The notes: generated from the sequence alone by a model not told the origin. 64,000 nucleotides of DNA from Arcobacteraceae bacterium (GCA_965224485.1 CBDCZH010000010.1:160001-224000), one strand, 5' to 3'; positions 19,850-29,514 are shown, numbered from the stretch's first letter. A program made the numbers and translations.

Positions 19850-20407
19850 TTATTTTTTCTTCATTCCCGCGCCACATTTACCAGAACCACAAGACATAGA
19901 TTTTTTTTCACTTTTCTTCATTCCTGAACCACATTTACCAGAACCACAAGACATAGTTTTCATCTTAGAGTGTTTCTTCATCATTCCACCCATAACAGTT
20001 TTAATAGGTGCTGTAACACTTACTTTATCATCATTTGAGAAAATAAAAGTAAATTCAACTTCTTGACCCACTTTTAAAGCTTTGTTTAAACCAATTAACA
20101 TTACATGATAACCACCTGGTTTTAAAACTGTTTGTGCGTTTGCTTTTACATCAATTTTAGGAACTTGATACATTTTCATAATTCCATTTTTCATATCATG
20201 AGTATGTAGTTCAACATTTTTAGCAATATTTGAAGTAACTTTAACTAAAGAAATATCTTTATTACTATTATTTACAATAGTTAAAAAAGTAGCTGAATTT
20301 GGGAGTCCAGGAGGTGTTGCTCTTACATAAGCGTCTTTGATTTCAATATTTGCAGCAAATGAAGATACAACAAATACCATTAGAAATAGAGAGATTCTTT
20401 TTAACAT
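19850..20407 (-). CDS. PCu(A)C copper chaperone with a C-terminal (MSCGSGKCG)x2 tail
   Basis: Signal peptide, VELHTHDMKNGIMKM, LKPGGYHVML. Confidence 0.93.
   Translation of the reverse strand: MLKRISLFLMVFVVSSFAANIEIKDAYVRATPPGLPNSATFLTIVNNSNKDISLVKVTSNIAKNVELHTHDMKNGIMKMYQVPKIDVKANAQTVLKPGGYHVMLIGLNKALKVGQEVEFTFIFSNDDKVSVTAPIKTVMGGMMKKHSKMKTMSCGSGKCGSGMKKSEKKSMSCGSGKCGAGMKKK
19872..19956. repeat. 28-bp direct repeat encoding MSCGSGKCG
   Basis: CCACATTTACCAGAACCACAAGACATAG at 19872-19899 and 19929-19956. Confidence 0.95.
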
Positions 20408-20446
20408 AAATAACCTTTGTTTGTTTTTTACTATTTTATTTTAAAA

Positions 20447-20464
20447 TTGTTAATTTAGTGTTAA
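20447..20464 (-). promoter_or_regulatory. Direct-repeat operator TTAACACTAAATTAACAA upstream of the PCuAC-SCO operon
   Basis: TTAAC repeats 11 bp apart; 17/18 identical to 57000-57017. Confidence 0.55.
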
Positions 20465-20499
20465 ATTTAATGATTTATCTTATAAAATTGCAAATTTTC

Positions 20500-21394
20500 T
20501 TAAGACTTCTTTTTAAAAGAAATTAAATTGTTTAATATAGAAACTGCAATAATTGTTAAAATTGTCCCAAATATTATGGAATAATTGACTTTTTCATCTA
20601 AAAAAAGTATTGAAAAAGTAATTGCAAAAAATGGAACTAAAAAGATAAAAGTAGATACCTCTTTAGCCCCTAATCTTTCAATACCTATAAAAAACATAGA
20701 TGTTGAAAATGTTGTTGAAATAAAAGCCAGACTTATAATATTTAGCCAAAAAATATCATCAAAGCCACTATAGTCTATTTTTGTTATAATCTAGAAAAAA
20801 TAGTGAAACTATTAGTGTTGTAATAATATACATATAAAAAGTAAATACTAAAGGAGAGGTATTTGTAATTTTTGAACTTGTTATTGTTAGAAGTGACCAA
20901 AGTAGTGCTGCGAATAAAAAATATCTATTTTGAATTGCAAAAATCTCTTCTATATTAAAATTCCAAATGTTTATCATAGTTAAAACCCCAATAGCTCCTA
21001 AACAAAGTGCAAAAATATCTTTTTTTGCAGTTCTTTTTTTAAAAAAAACTGCCATTATTATAAAAGTTATAATAGGAATAAGGGTTGTTACAAAAGCCCC
21101 TCCTAAAGATGCTGTTCCAAATTTTGTACCTAGAAAATAGTATTTCATATAAATAATCATAATAATAGAAGCAATAATACATAATAAAAAACTTTGTATA
21201 TTAATTTTGAAATACTTTTTAGAGATAATTAAAATAGGACCTAAGGTAATTAAAGTAAATATATTTCTAAAGAAAATTAATTCATATTCATTAATATAAG
21301 AGCCTAAAACTTTTGCATTAACCCAAGATGCACCCCACCCAGCCATTGCAAGAATCATTAAAATATAGAATGTTTTATTATTTGTTGTTTTCAT
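20500..21394 (-). pseudogene. DMT/EamA family transporter split by a +1 frameshift near 20778-20782
   Basis: Hydrophobic EamA repeats; removing one T joins 20768-21394 to 20500-20697. Confidence 0.88.
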
Positions 21395-21417
21395 GAGCGA
21401 TTATATTATAAAATAGT

Positions 21418-22218
21418 TTATTTATATAGTATAAAATTGCTTTTTTCCAAAAGTTTTTTAGGTGAGTATCCATATAGTTTTCTAAAGTTTCTTATAAAAT
21501 GTGATTGATCACAAAAACCAAGTTCATATGCTGCACTTGCTAAACTATGGCCCTTTATTATCATGTTTCTTGCTTTTTGTACTTTTAAAGTTAAAATATA
21601 GTGATGAGGGGTTAAACCTGTATTTTTTTTAAAAACTCTTATGAAGTGGTACTTACTTAAGTTTGAAACTTGGGCTAAAGTACTTAATGATATATTTTCA
21701 CTTAGAGAATCATTTATATACTCAAGCGAATTAGTAATAATACTCTTTTCGTTAAAAGATATTTTATAATCTTTTGTAGCATTTGTATAGTTTTTAATTA
21801 AATAAGAAAGAGATGTGATTAACTTAGTCTCAATTATCATTTCATCTTCTTTATTATAAATACATAAAAATAGGCTAAATAAGGCTTTGTATAACACTAA
21901 ATCTTCTAAAATATGCTTATTAAAAAGTGGAATTTTTGATTCATTATAAATCTGTTTGTACGTATAAGACATTAATTCAATACTAGGATAAAAGTTTGTA
22001 TATGACCAAGCTTGTGAATCTCCATGGTGGATATCATAAGGATTTACTACTCTTGTTGAGTTTTTATATGAATTAATAGTTGTGTTTAAATTTATGGATT
22101 TAAACAAGCCACTATGAGTTATTCCAATAGTATAAGTATCATGATAATGTTTAGTAAATAAACCGTTTGATGCTTCTATATTTTCAAAAACTGTATCTTT
22201 AAGAGTCTCTAATTTCAT
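21418..22218 (-). CDS. AraC family transcriptional regulator
   Basis: KHYHDTYTIG cupin; LSKYHFIRVFKK...GFCDQSHFIRNFRK. Confidence 0.95.
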   Translation of the reverse strand: MKLETLKDTVFENIEASNGLFTKHYHDTYTIGITHSGLFKSINLNTTINSYKNSTRVVNPYDIHHGDSQAWSYTNFYPSIELMSYTYKQIYNESKIPLFNKHILEDLVLYKALFSLFLCIYNKEDEMIIETKLITSLSYLIKNYTNATKDYKISFNEKSIITNSLEYINDSLSENISLSTLAQVSNLSKYHFIRVFKKNTGLTPHHYILTLKVQKARNMIIKGHSLASAAYELGFCDQSHFIRNFRKLYGYSPKKLLEKSNFILYK

Positions 22219-22281
22219 GTATTATTCTATCTAATTATAAAATAAAAAGATAGAATAATATTGCTATTTCTTAGTAAATAT

Positions 22282-23565
22282 TTAGTAAGTCTTTTTTGCT
22301 CTTAAAATTAAGAATACCCCTATAGTAGCAGCTATAAAGGAAGCTGCAAAAACTCCTAGTTTAACTGCATCTATAATATCTTGATTTACAAAAGCTAGAT
22401 GAGTTATAAAAATAGACATAGTAAAACCAATTCCACCTAAAAAACCAACTGCTAAAATCTCATTCCAGCTTAGGTTATCTGGCTTCTTAATAATATTTAA
22501 TTTTGTAAAAATATAAGTAAAAGTAAATATTCCTACAGGTTTACCAATAATTAAACCAAATACAACACCTAATACAATCATTAAATGCTCACTTAAATTT
22601 GTAAAATCTATTAAAACACCAGCATTTGAAAATGCAAATAAAGGCATAATAAAAAAAGCTGAGAAACCATGTAAATGATGTTCTAACTTAACTAGTGGAT
22701 TTTGAACCTTATCGTAGTTATGAGCTATATTTTCTAAGGCATCAATTTGTTTATGATTTAATATATCAACATCATCAATATTGTTTTTAAACTCATCTAA
22801 AGAAGCAGATGAACTTTGAATAAAATTCTTTTCATCTATTTTTGATTTAATTGGAATTGCAAAAGCTAATAATACTCCTGCTATTGTTGCATGAATTCCT
22901 ATTTCGTGAATAAAAATCCATAAAAAGATACCTAGAATTAAATAAGGCCAAAGTTGTGTAACTTTTTTGAAATTTAAAAACCAAATTAGAGCATAAATAA
23001 TACCAGCATGAATAAAATAAATACTTTGTATCTCGCTTGTATAAACAGTAGCAACCACTAAAACAGCACCTAAATCATCAACAACTGCAAGAGCTACTAA
23101 AAATAGTTTAAGTGCTGGATTAACTCTTTTTCCTAAAAGCATTAAAATTCCTAGTGCAAAAGCTATGTCAGTTGCCATTGGTATTCCAAAACCTAAGGGA
23201 TTGTTTGTATTAAATAAAACATATACAAGAGCTGGAATTAACATTCCTCCAATAGCAGCAACTATTGGAAAAGATGCTTTTGAAACAGAAGATAATTCTC
23301 CTATTAACATCTCTCTTTTAATCTCTAAACCTACCATTAAAAAGAATAGTGCCATAAGTCCATCATCAATCCAATATGTTAAAGACATTGAAATAGTTTT
23401 ATCTCCTAAGGTTATTCCTAAGGGCATATTCCACAAGTCATTATATGTTTGGGCTAAAAATGAGTTTGCAACCATAACAGCTGCTAGTGTTGAGATAAAT
23501 AATAAGATACCAGATAAAGACTCTTTAGTTATAAAGTCTTGAAGTGTTTTAATTTGTTTAATCAT
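22282..23565 (-). CDS. nhaA: Na+/H+ antiporter NhaA
   Basis: WIDDGLMALFF, GIPMATDIAFALG, LAVVDDLGA, GIGFTMSIFI. Confidence 0.97.
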   Translation of the reverse strand: MIKQIKTLQDFITKESLSGILLFISTLAAVMVANSFLAQTYNDLWNMPLGITLGDKTISMSLTYWIDDGLMALFFLMVGLEIKREMLIGELSSVSKASFPIVAAIGGMLIPALVYVLFNTNNPLGFGIPMATDIAFALGILMLLGKRVNPALKLFLVALAVVDDLGAVLVVATVYTSEIQSIYFIHAGIIYALIWFLNFKKVTQLWPYLILGIFLWIFIHEIGIHATIAGVLLAFAIPIKSKIDEKNFIQSSSASLDEFKNNIDDVDILNHKQIDALENIAHNYDKVQNPLVKLEHHLHGFSAFFIMPLFAFSNAGVLIDFTNLSEHLMIVLGVVFGLIIGKPVGIFTFTYIFTKLNIIKKPDNLSWNEILAVGFLGGIGFTMSIFITHLAFVNQDIIDAVKLGVFAASFIAATIGVFLILRAKKTY

Positions 23566-23604
23566 TTAAAAAATCCTTTATAAAATATGTAAAAAAGGAT
23601 TATA

Positions 23605-23970
23605 TTATAAACATGTACTACAAGTACCTTTAATAATAATATTATCTATTTTATATCCAGGAAGATTTATTTTAGCTTTTTCATCTAAGCACTCTATTTT
23701 AGAGCAAAGTGAGCAAATAAAGTGAGCATGAGGTGTTTTAATAATTTCAAAATACCTTTTTTTATCATTAGATTCAAATGAATTAATTAAATTCTCTTCT
23801 TCAAATTTTGTTATATTTCTATAAAAAGTTGCTTTGTCCATTGATATTTTATTTTTTATCTCTTCATAAGATAAAGGTTTAGAAGCACAGGCTAAAATTT
23901 CTAAAATTGAAGTTCTTGCATTAGTTAGTTTTATATTTTTTTCTTTAATTAGTTCTTGAATATTAATCAT
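23605..23970 (-). CDS. Fur-family regulator, probably Zur-like
   Basis: KATFYRN, HAHFICSLC, GTCSTC; start moved to ATG 23970; divergent from a ZnuA-like gene. Confidence 0.88.
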   Translation of the reverse strand: MINIQELIKEKNIKLTNARTSILEILACASKPLSYEEIKNKISMDKATFYRNITKFEEENLINSFESNDKKRYFEIIKTPHAHFICSLCSKIECLDEKAKINLPGYKIDNIIIKGTCSTCL

Positions 23971-24002
23971 AAGTAAGTATAACAAAATATTAGTTAATAA
24001 AT

Positions 24003-24068
24003 TGCAACTAAGTTGCATTAAAGTATATTTGTATTACTATTCATTAGATAATTTGCGACTAAGTTGCA
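24003..24068. promoter_or_regulatory. Two 15-bp palindromic operators TGC(A/G)ACTAAGTTGCA
   Basis: At 24003-24017 and 24054-24068, between the divergent Fur-family and znuA-like genes. Confidence 0.75.
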
Positions 24069-24081
24069 GTTAAGGAAAAAA

Positions 24082-24975
24082 ATGAAGTATATTTTTATAA
24101 TGTTTTTATTAGTTTTTACTCTAAACGCAAAAGTTTTAGATGTAACAGTTAGTATAGTACCCCAAGAGTTTTTTGTTAAAAAAATAGGAAAAGATAAGGT
24201 TAATGTAAATGTAATGGTAAAAGAAGGTTTCTCACCAGCAACATATGAACCAAAAACATCTCAAATGAGAAAATTAAGTAAAGCAAGTATTTATTTCTCA
24301 ATTGATGTACCTTTTGAACACTCTTGGTTAAAAAGATTTAAAAATGTAAATAAGAAGATGATTATTTCTGACACCTCAAGAGGAATTAAAAAACTCTCAA
24401 TGCTTAAACATTCACATGATAAAGATGAGCATAATAAAAAAAACAACCATGAAGAGCAAAATCATGATGAACATGAATTATCTAATAAAATATTAGATCC
24501 ACATATTTGGCTTGACCCAATTTTAGTAAAGAGGCAAGCTTTAAATATTTATAAGACTCTAGTAAAAGTTGATCCTTTAAATACTACATTTTATAAGAAA
24601 AATTTAAATGCATTTTTACAAGAGTTAGATGTTTTAGATAAAGATATTAAATATATTTTAAAAGATGTTAAAAATAAAGAGTTTATGGTGTTTCATCCTT
24701 CTTGGGCTTATTTTGCAAAAAGATATAATTTAGAGCAAATAGCAGTTGAGAAAGAGGGGAAAGAAGCAAAACCTAAAGAAATTATACATTTAGTTCATGA
24801 AGCAAAAGAACATGGAATAAAAGTTATTTTTGTATCAGCTCAGTTTTCTTTAAAAAGTGCTCATACAATTGCCCATAATTTAGATGCAAATATTGTTACT
24901 ATTAATCCTTTAGAGTATTTATGGGCTGATAATCTAAAAGTTGTTGCTAATGCAATAAAAGAATCATACGAGTAA
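24082..24975 (+). CDS. znuA: Zn/Mn ABC transporter substrate-binding protein (ZnuA/TroA family)
   Basis: His-rich loop, DPHIWLDP, FHPSWAYF; start at ATG 24082 after AAGGA. Confidence 0.9.
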   Translation: MKYIFIMFLLVFTLNAKVLDVTVSIVPQEFFVKKIGKDKVNVNVMVKEGFSPATYEPKTSQMRKLSKASIYFSIDVPFEHSWLKRFKNVNKKMIISDTSRGIKKLSMLKHSHDKDEHNKKNNHEEQNHDEHELSNKILDPHIWLDPILVKRQALNIYKTLVKVDPLNTTFYKKNLNAFLQELDVLDKDIKYILKDVKNKEFMVFHPSWAYFAKRYNLEQIAVEKEGKEAKPKEIIHLVHEAKEHGIKVIFVSAQFSLKSAHTIAHNLDANIVTINPLEYLWADNLKVVANAIKESYE

Positions 24976-24981
24976 GTTGAT

Positions 24982-25599
24982 ATGTTTAAAAAATACTTTT
25001 TACTAATACTGCTGCTTACATTTAAAATTCAAGCTTGCAGTATTTGTGCAATTACAAGCCCTTTTACAAATGTTTCTATTGAAGTAAATACAGCTAAAAA
25101 TAAAATTACAAATATTGAAACTACTTTAGTTTTTTCAAAAGTTTTTACAAATGAATTAAAACTAATTTATGATAAAAATTTAAATACTGTACTTGATTTT
25201 GATGAACTTAAAATAATTGAAGATGCTTTTATCTCTTATGCTAAGAGCAATAATTATATGACTCATATTTCATATGATGAAGTTATAAATAAAAAGAAAT
25301 CTATAGTTTTTAAAATAAAAGATTTAAAAACATATGTTCAAAATGATATTTTACATATCAAATATAAAGTACTTTTAAATGTAGAGCTTAAAAATAATTA
25401 TGTTTTATATATAAAAATGAAAGATGAACAAAACTATTTCTTACTTAATATTAGCTCAAAAAATAGTTTCTTTAATAATATAAATACAAAAAAAATAGCG
25501 AAGAAGAATGAAATAATCTTTTTAATAGAACATACTAAAGAAGTAAAAAAATCATCTCTTAATCTTAGTGATGAAAAAAATAAAAAAAATAAAAAATAA
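24982..25599 (+). CDS. DUF1007/ZevA-like exported domain, probably the N-terminal half of a fusion with the next ORF
   Basis: Signal peptide then CSIC; EF-hand-like YDKNLNTVLDFDE; stops inside an A-tract. Confidence 0.6.
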   Translation: MFKKYFLLILLLTFKIQACSICAITSPFTNVSIEVNTAKNKITNIETTLVFSKVFTNELKLIYDKNLNTVLDFDELKIIEDAFISYAKSNNYMTHISYDEVINKKKSIVFKIKDLKTYVQNDILHIKYKVLLNVELKNNYVLYIKMKDEQNYFLLNISSKNSFFNNINTKKIAKKNEIIFLIEHTKEVKKSSLNLSDEKNKKNKK

Positions 25600-26329
25600 A
25601 AATACTGAAGAGTCTAAAATAGAAGAAACTTTTTTATCAAAATATACTAAAAAAGTAAAATATTATCTTTTAAAAGTAAAAAATGGCGAAAGTAAAGCTT
25701 TGCTTATACTTTGTTTCTTATCTTTTTTATATGGTATTATTCATGCCTTAGGGCCAGGTCATGGTAAGACTTTAAGCTTTTCATATTTTTCTTCTACAAA
25801 AAGTACATATTTTAAAGCTTTTCTAATCTCACTTTCTAGCTCTTTTATTCATATATTAGGAGCTTTGCTTTTAGTTTTAATTTCTATTTTTATTTTAGAA
25901 TCTACTTTAAATAATTTTGTTTCAAATTCAATTGAACTATTAAGTAAAATAGCTGCTGTTTTTATAATTATTCTATCTATTTTTATTTTGTATAAAAAAC
26001 TTAAGAAAAAGAATAATTGTTCTTGTTGTTGCTCTTCTAAAAAACAAGACTTATATTTTATTTTAACATCAGGTTTAATACCTTGTCCTGGAACTGTTAT
26101 TTTATTTATTTATGCTTTTATGTTAAAAACTTATTATGCAGTTTTCTTAGCTTCTATTTTTATATCTTTTGGTATGGCACTTGTTATGTTTTTATCATCT
26201 TTTTTTGCCCTAAGTTTAAAAAACCTTTCAAAGAGTTCAAAAAATATAACAAATGTAATTGAGATTATTTCTCCTATTTTTATGTTAGCTCTTGGTGTTT
26301 TTTTGTATTTTAATGCTTCTTTATTATAA
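25568..26329 (+). CDS. RcnA/HoxN (NiCoT)/ZevB-like metal transporter domain
   Basis: YGIIHALGPGHGK and GLIPCPG motifs; CSCCC linker. Confidence 0.88.
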   Translation: MMKKIKKIKNKNTEESKIEETFLSKYTKKVKYYLLKVKNGESKALLILCFLSFLYGIIHALGPGHGKTLSFSYFSSTKSTYFKAFLISLSSSFIHILGALLLVLISIFILESTLNNFVSNSIELLSKIAAVFIIILSIFILYKKLKKKNNCSCCCSSKKQDLYFILTSGLIPCPGTVILFIYAFMLKTYYAVFLASIFISFGMALVMFLSSFFALSLKNLSKSSKNITNVIEIISPIFMLALGVFLYFNASLL

Positions 26330-27823
26330 AGTTTTGATTTTATCAAACTCTGTAATAATGGCATTTATATCTTCAACCCCAATAGCAATTCGCAAGAGAT
26401 TAATTGGAATATTATTTTGCTCTAATTCTTCTCTTCCTTTTTTTGAAATAATTAAATCATAATGAGCTAAATAAACATATGGCATCAAAAGAGTAAACTC
26501 TGTTCCTAAACTAGGACCTTTTGCAAAGTTAAGTTTGTCATATATTTTTTCAAAGTTTTTAGTAAAAGTAAGTGATATTAAACCACCTACTGCTTTATCA
26601 TGTCTCATTAAAGGTTTATAATTATCTTTATATTTATTAGCTAAAGTATAATAAATATCTTTTACATAGTTTTGTTTTTTTAAATATTTTATTAATTTTA
26701 TTGCATTTTCATTTATTTTATTCATTCTAGTTTCATAACATTTTATTTCATATGCTAAACGCTGAATATCTTTTATATAAGGTTTATCTGCATGTTTAAA
26801 AAACTCAGCCTTACATGCTTTTAGATTTGATTGCTCATTTATAATAAAAGCACCCATTAATACATCTGCATTACCACAGGCATATTTTGTTAAAGATTCA
26901 ATATAAATATCAGCATAAGGTTTTAAGTCTAAATTATATGGAGTTGCAAGAGTTGAGTCTATTATTAAAGGAATATTATATTTTATACACAAAGATTTTA
27001 GTTTTATTAAATCAACTGTCTGAAGTAGGGGATTTGTTGGTACTTCTGTGATAATAGCTGAAATTTTATTTCCATTTTTCTTTAAATAATTTGCCAGTAA
27101 ATCAAGATTATTTATATCTAAAAAAGTTTTTGATCTATCATAATGATTTTTAATTATATTCATAGTGTCTAAATATAACCAACCCAATTGAATGATAATT
27201 GTTCTTGAGTTTTTATCCTGAATAGCTTTTAAACCTTTTAAAATAGAATAAATAGCATTCATACCAGAAGGAGCTAAACAAATATTTTCTTCGTTTTGAT
27301 TATATGCTAAAGCTAAAGTTGATTTTATTATGTTTAATGAATTTTCTTTTTTTTCTAATTTTTCCTCAAATACACTTTCTATTTTATTATACTTATAAAG
27401 ATAGTCTTGTGCAAAACGAGAAGATAAATTACATCCTACATGTTGTATAAAAGTTAATACTTTTTGTAATTGAGAGGTTCCTTTAAGAACTAAAATAACA
27501 CCAAAATCTTCTTTTATATATATATTATTATGAATAAAATACTTATCACTTATAATATCAACAGCTTTTTGGGAGCTTACAACAACTACTTCATACTCGT
27601 TTGAAATTTTATATTTTTCTTTCATAAACAAGGCAAGTAATTTCACATAAGGGTGTAAAATAAATCTAGGATAAGCACTCTTTATTTTTTTTAAAACTTC
27701 TGGTTCACACTCTTCGTAATCAATAACATCTTGAAGTTTTGGCATAGAAACAGATACTGCATGTACATTTTTTACAGGTAGTGTTTCTCCACATGAAATA
27801 GCTTCAAAAATCTTATTTGGCAT
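26324..27823 (-). CDS. PLP-dependent Cys/Met metabolism enzyme (long cystathionine gamma-synthase-like)
   Basis: PSGMNAI, EVPTNPLL, ESLTKY, GPSLGTEFTL, LLRIAIGVE. Confidence 0.88.
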   Translation of the reverse strand: MPNKIFEAISCGETLPVKNVHAVSVSMPKLQDVIDYEECEPEVLKKIKSAYPRFILHPYVKLLALFMKEKYKISNEYEVVVVSSQKAVDIISDKYFIHNNIYIKEDFGVILVLKGTSQLQKVLTFIQHVGCNLSSRFAQDYLYKYNKIESVFEEKLEKKENSLNIIKSTLALAYNQNEENICLAPSGMNAIYSILKGLKAIQDKNSRTIIIQLGWLYLDTMNIIKNHYDRSKTFLDINNLDLLANYLKKNGNKISAIITEVPTNPLLQTVDLIKLKSLCIKYNIPLIIDSTLATPYNLDLKPYADIYIESLTKYACGNADVLMGAFIINEQSNLKACKAEFFKHADKPYIKDIQRLAYEIKCYETRMNKINENAIKLIKYLKKQNYVKDIYYTLANKYKDNYKPLMRHDKAVGGLISLTFTKNFEKIYDKLNFAKGPSLGTEFTLLMPYVYLAHYDLIISKKGREELEQNNIPINLLRIAIGVEDINAIITEFDKIKTL

Positions 27824-28975
27824 TTATTTTACTGCTTGCTTTATATCATCAATTAGCTCATCTACATTTTCTAAACCAATTGAAAATCTAACTGTTGAAG
27901 GTTTGATTCCAATTGCTGCTAATTCTTCTTGGCTAAATGTTGCATGAGATATTTTAGCAGGTATTTCAACTCTTGAATCTGGACTTCCAAAAGAACATTT
28001 TTCACCAAAAAGTTTTGTATTTTCTATAAAATTTTCTGCTTCTTTAACTGTATTAAAATCTACACAAAAAACACCTGGAATATATTTCATTTGTTTACGC
28101 GCAAGTTCATATTGTAAATGTGATTTAAGTGCTGGAAAGTTTACCTTACTTATATAATCTTGCTTTTGTAAAAATGTAGCAATACAAAGAGCTGATTTTT
28201 GATGTTCAATCATTCTTATTTTAAGTGTAGGCATACCAAGTGAGATTAAAAATACATCCATAGGGTTTTGACTTCTTCCATGGGCATTTGCATAATAATG
28301 AATATCATCTGAGAGTTTCTTAGTTTTTGCAACTATTGCACCTGCAACAACACTTCCATGACCTGAAATATACTTTGTTGTTGAAAATAGTGAGAAATCA
28401 GCTCCTAAGTTAAGTGGAGTTTGTGAGATAAAAGTAGCAAGTGAATTATCAACTGCAAAAAGAGAAGAATATTTTTTACAAAGAAGAGAAACTTCTTCTA
28501 AGTCAATTATTTTAAGACCTGGATTTGTTGGAGATTCACATAAAACTAAATCTATTTTATTGTTTTTTAAAATATTTTCTAATTCTTCTTTGTATAGAAA
28601 ATTAGCAAAATGAACTTTTACATTATATTTCTCTTCAAAAATTTTTAATAATCTAAATGTTCCACCATAACAATCTGCTTCTACTAAAACTTGAGAATTT
28701 GCTTTTAATACTGTTTCTAATAATAAAGCAACTGCTGCTATTCCTGTATGAGTACATACACAACCAGCTCCATTTTCTACTTTTGTAAATAAGTTTTCTA
28801 ATACTTCTCTTGTAGGATTATCACTTCTAGTATAATCATAAATCTTAGATCCGCTTTGCTTTTTTAAATCAAAAGTTCCTGTATTATATATTGGGAAATG
28901 TGAGGCACCGTAAGGGTCTTTTATACTTGCGAAATCTTGTATATGAGCTAAACTTGTTTCTATGTTTTTATGCAT
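27824..28975 (-). CDS. Cystathionine gamma-synthase/beta-lyase family enzyme
   Basis: YDYTRSDNPTR, ESPTNP, STTKYISGH, RFSIGLE. Confidence 0.92.
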   Translation of the reverse strand: MHKNIETSLAHIQDFASIKDPYGASHFPIYNTGTFDLKKQSGSKIYDYTRSDNPTREVLENLFTKVENGAGCVCTHTGIAAVALLLETVLKANSQVLVEADCYGGTFRLLKIFEEKYNVKVHFANFLYKEELENILKNNKIDLVLCESPTNPGLKIIDLEEVSLLCKKYSSLFAVDNSLATFISQTPLNLGADFSLFSTTKYISGHGSVVAGAIVAKTKKLSDDIHYYANAHGRSQNPMDVFLISLGMPTLKIRMIEHQKSALCIATFLQKQDYISKVNFPALKSHLQYELARKQMKYIPGVFCVDFNTVKEAENFIENTKLFGEKCSFGSPDSRVEIPAKISHATFSQEELAAIGIKPSTVRFSIGLENVDELIDDIKQAVK

Positions 28976-29118
28976 CTTTACCCTAAGTAATATAAATTTT
29001 TTTCTTATTATATCTTATTATTTATAAGTTTATATGCTAATGTTTTGCTCTTTATTTTTACGTATAAGAAAATTTTATACAAAAATGATTTTATTTATTT
29101 TTTAAAATATAAAGACTC

Positions 29119-29514
29119 TTAGTACTTATCTATTGAGTACTTTCCTGGACCTATAATTAATATTACAATTGCACTTATAAGGTATAAGTACTGTAACTCT
29201 AAACTTAAAGCTCCTTGTTTTGTAAGCTCTATTATAGAATCAAAGTGTACTAAATATATGGCACTTAACATAGTTGAGAGCATTAAAAAAGCGGCGAACC
29301 TTGTTTTAAATCCAATTATTAATAAAACAGGAGCTAGAATTTCACCTAAGTATATTCCATAAGCTAAGAATACAGGTAAGTCTTTTTCTATTAATATAGC
29401 TTCAATAAAACCAATACCATTTAGAAGTTTAGAGTATCCATGAAAAATCAATAAACATGCTATAGAAACTCTTAATAATAATTTACCTAGATTATCTGCG
29501 TATTGTGAATTCAT
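29119..29514 (-). CDS. DoxX family membrane protein
   Basis: LLLR...HGYSKL, GFKTRFAA, GPGKYSID. Confidence 0.93.
   Translation of the reverse strand: MNSQYADNLGKLLLRVSIACLLIFHGYSKLLNGIGFIEAILIEKDLPVFLAYGIYLGEILAPVLLIIGFKTRFAAFLMLSTMLSAIYLVHFDSIIELTKQGALSLELQYLYLISAIVILIIGPGKYSIDKY

Noticed and set aside
23971..24081. Longer starts for the Fur-family gene (24018) and znuA (24064)
   Set aside because: Both fall in or at the edge of the operator palindromes; better-supported starts are 23970 and 24082.
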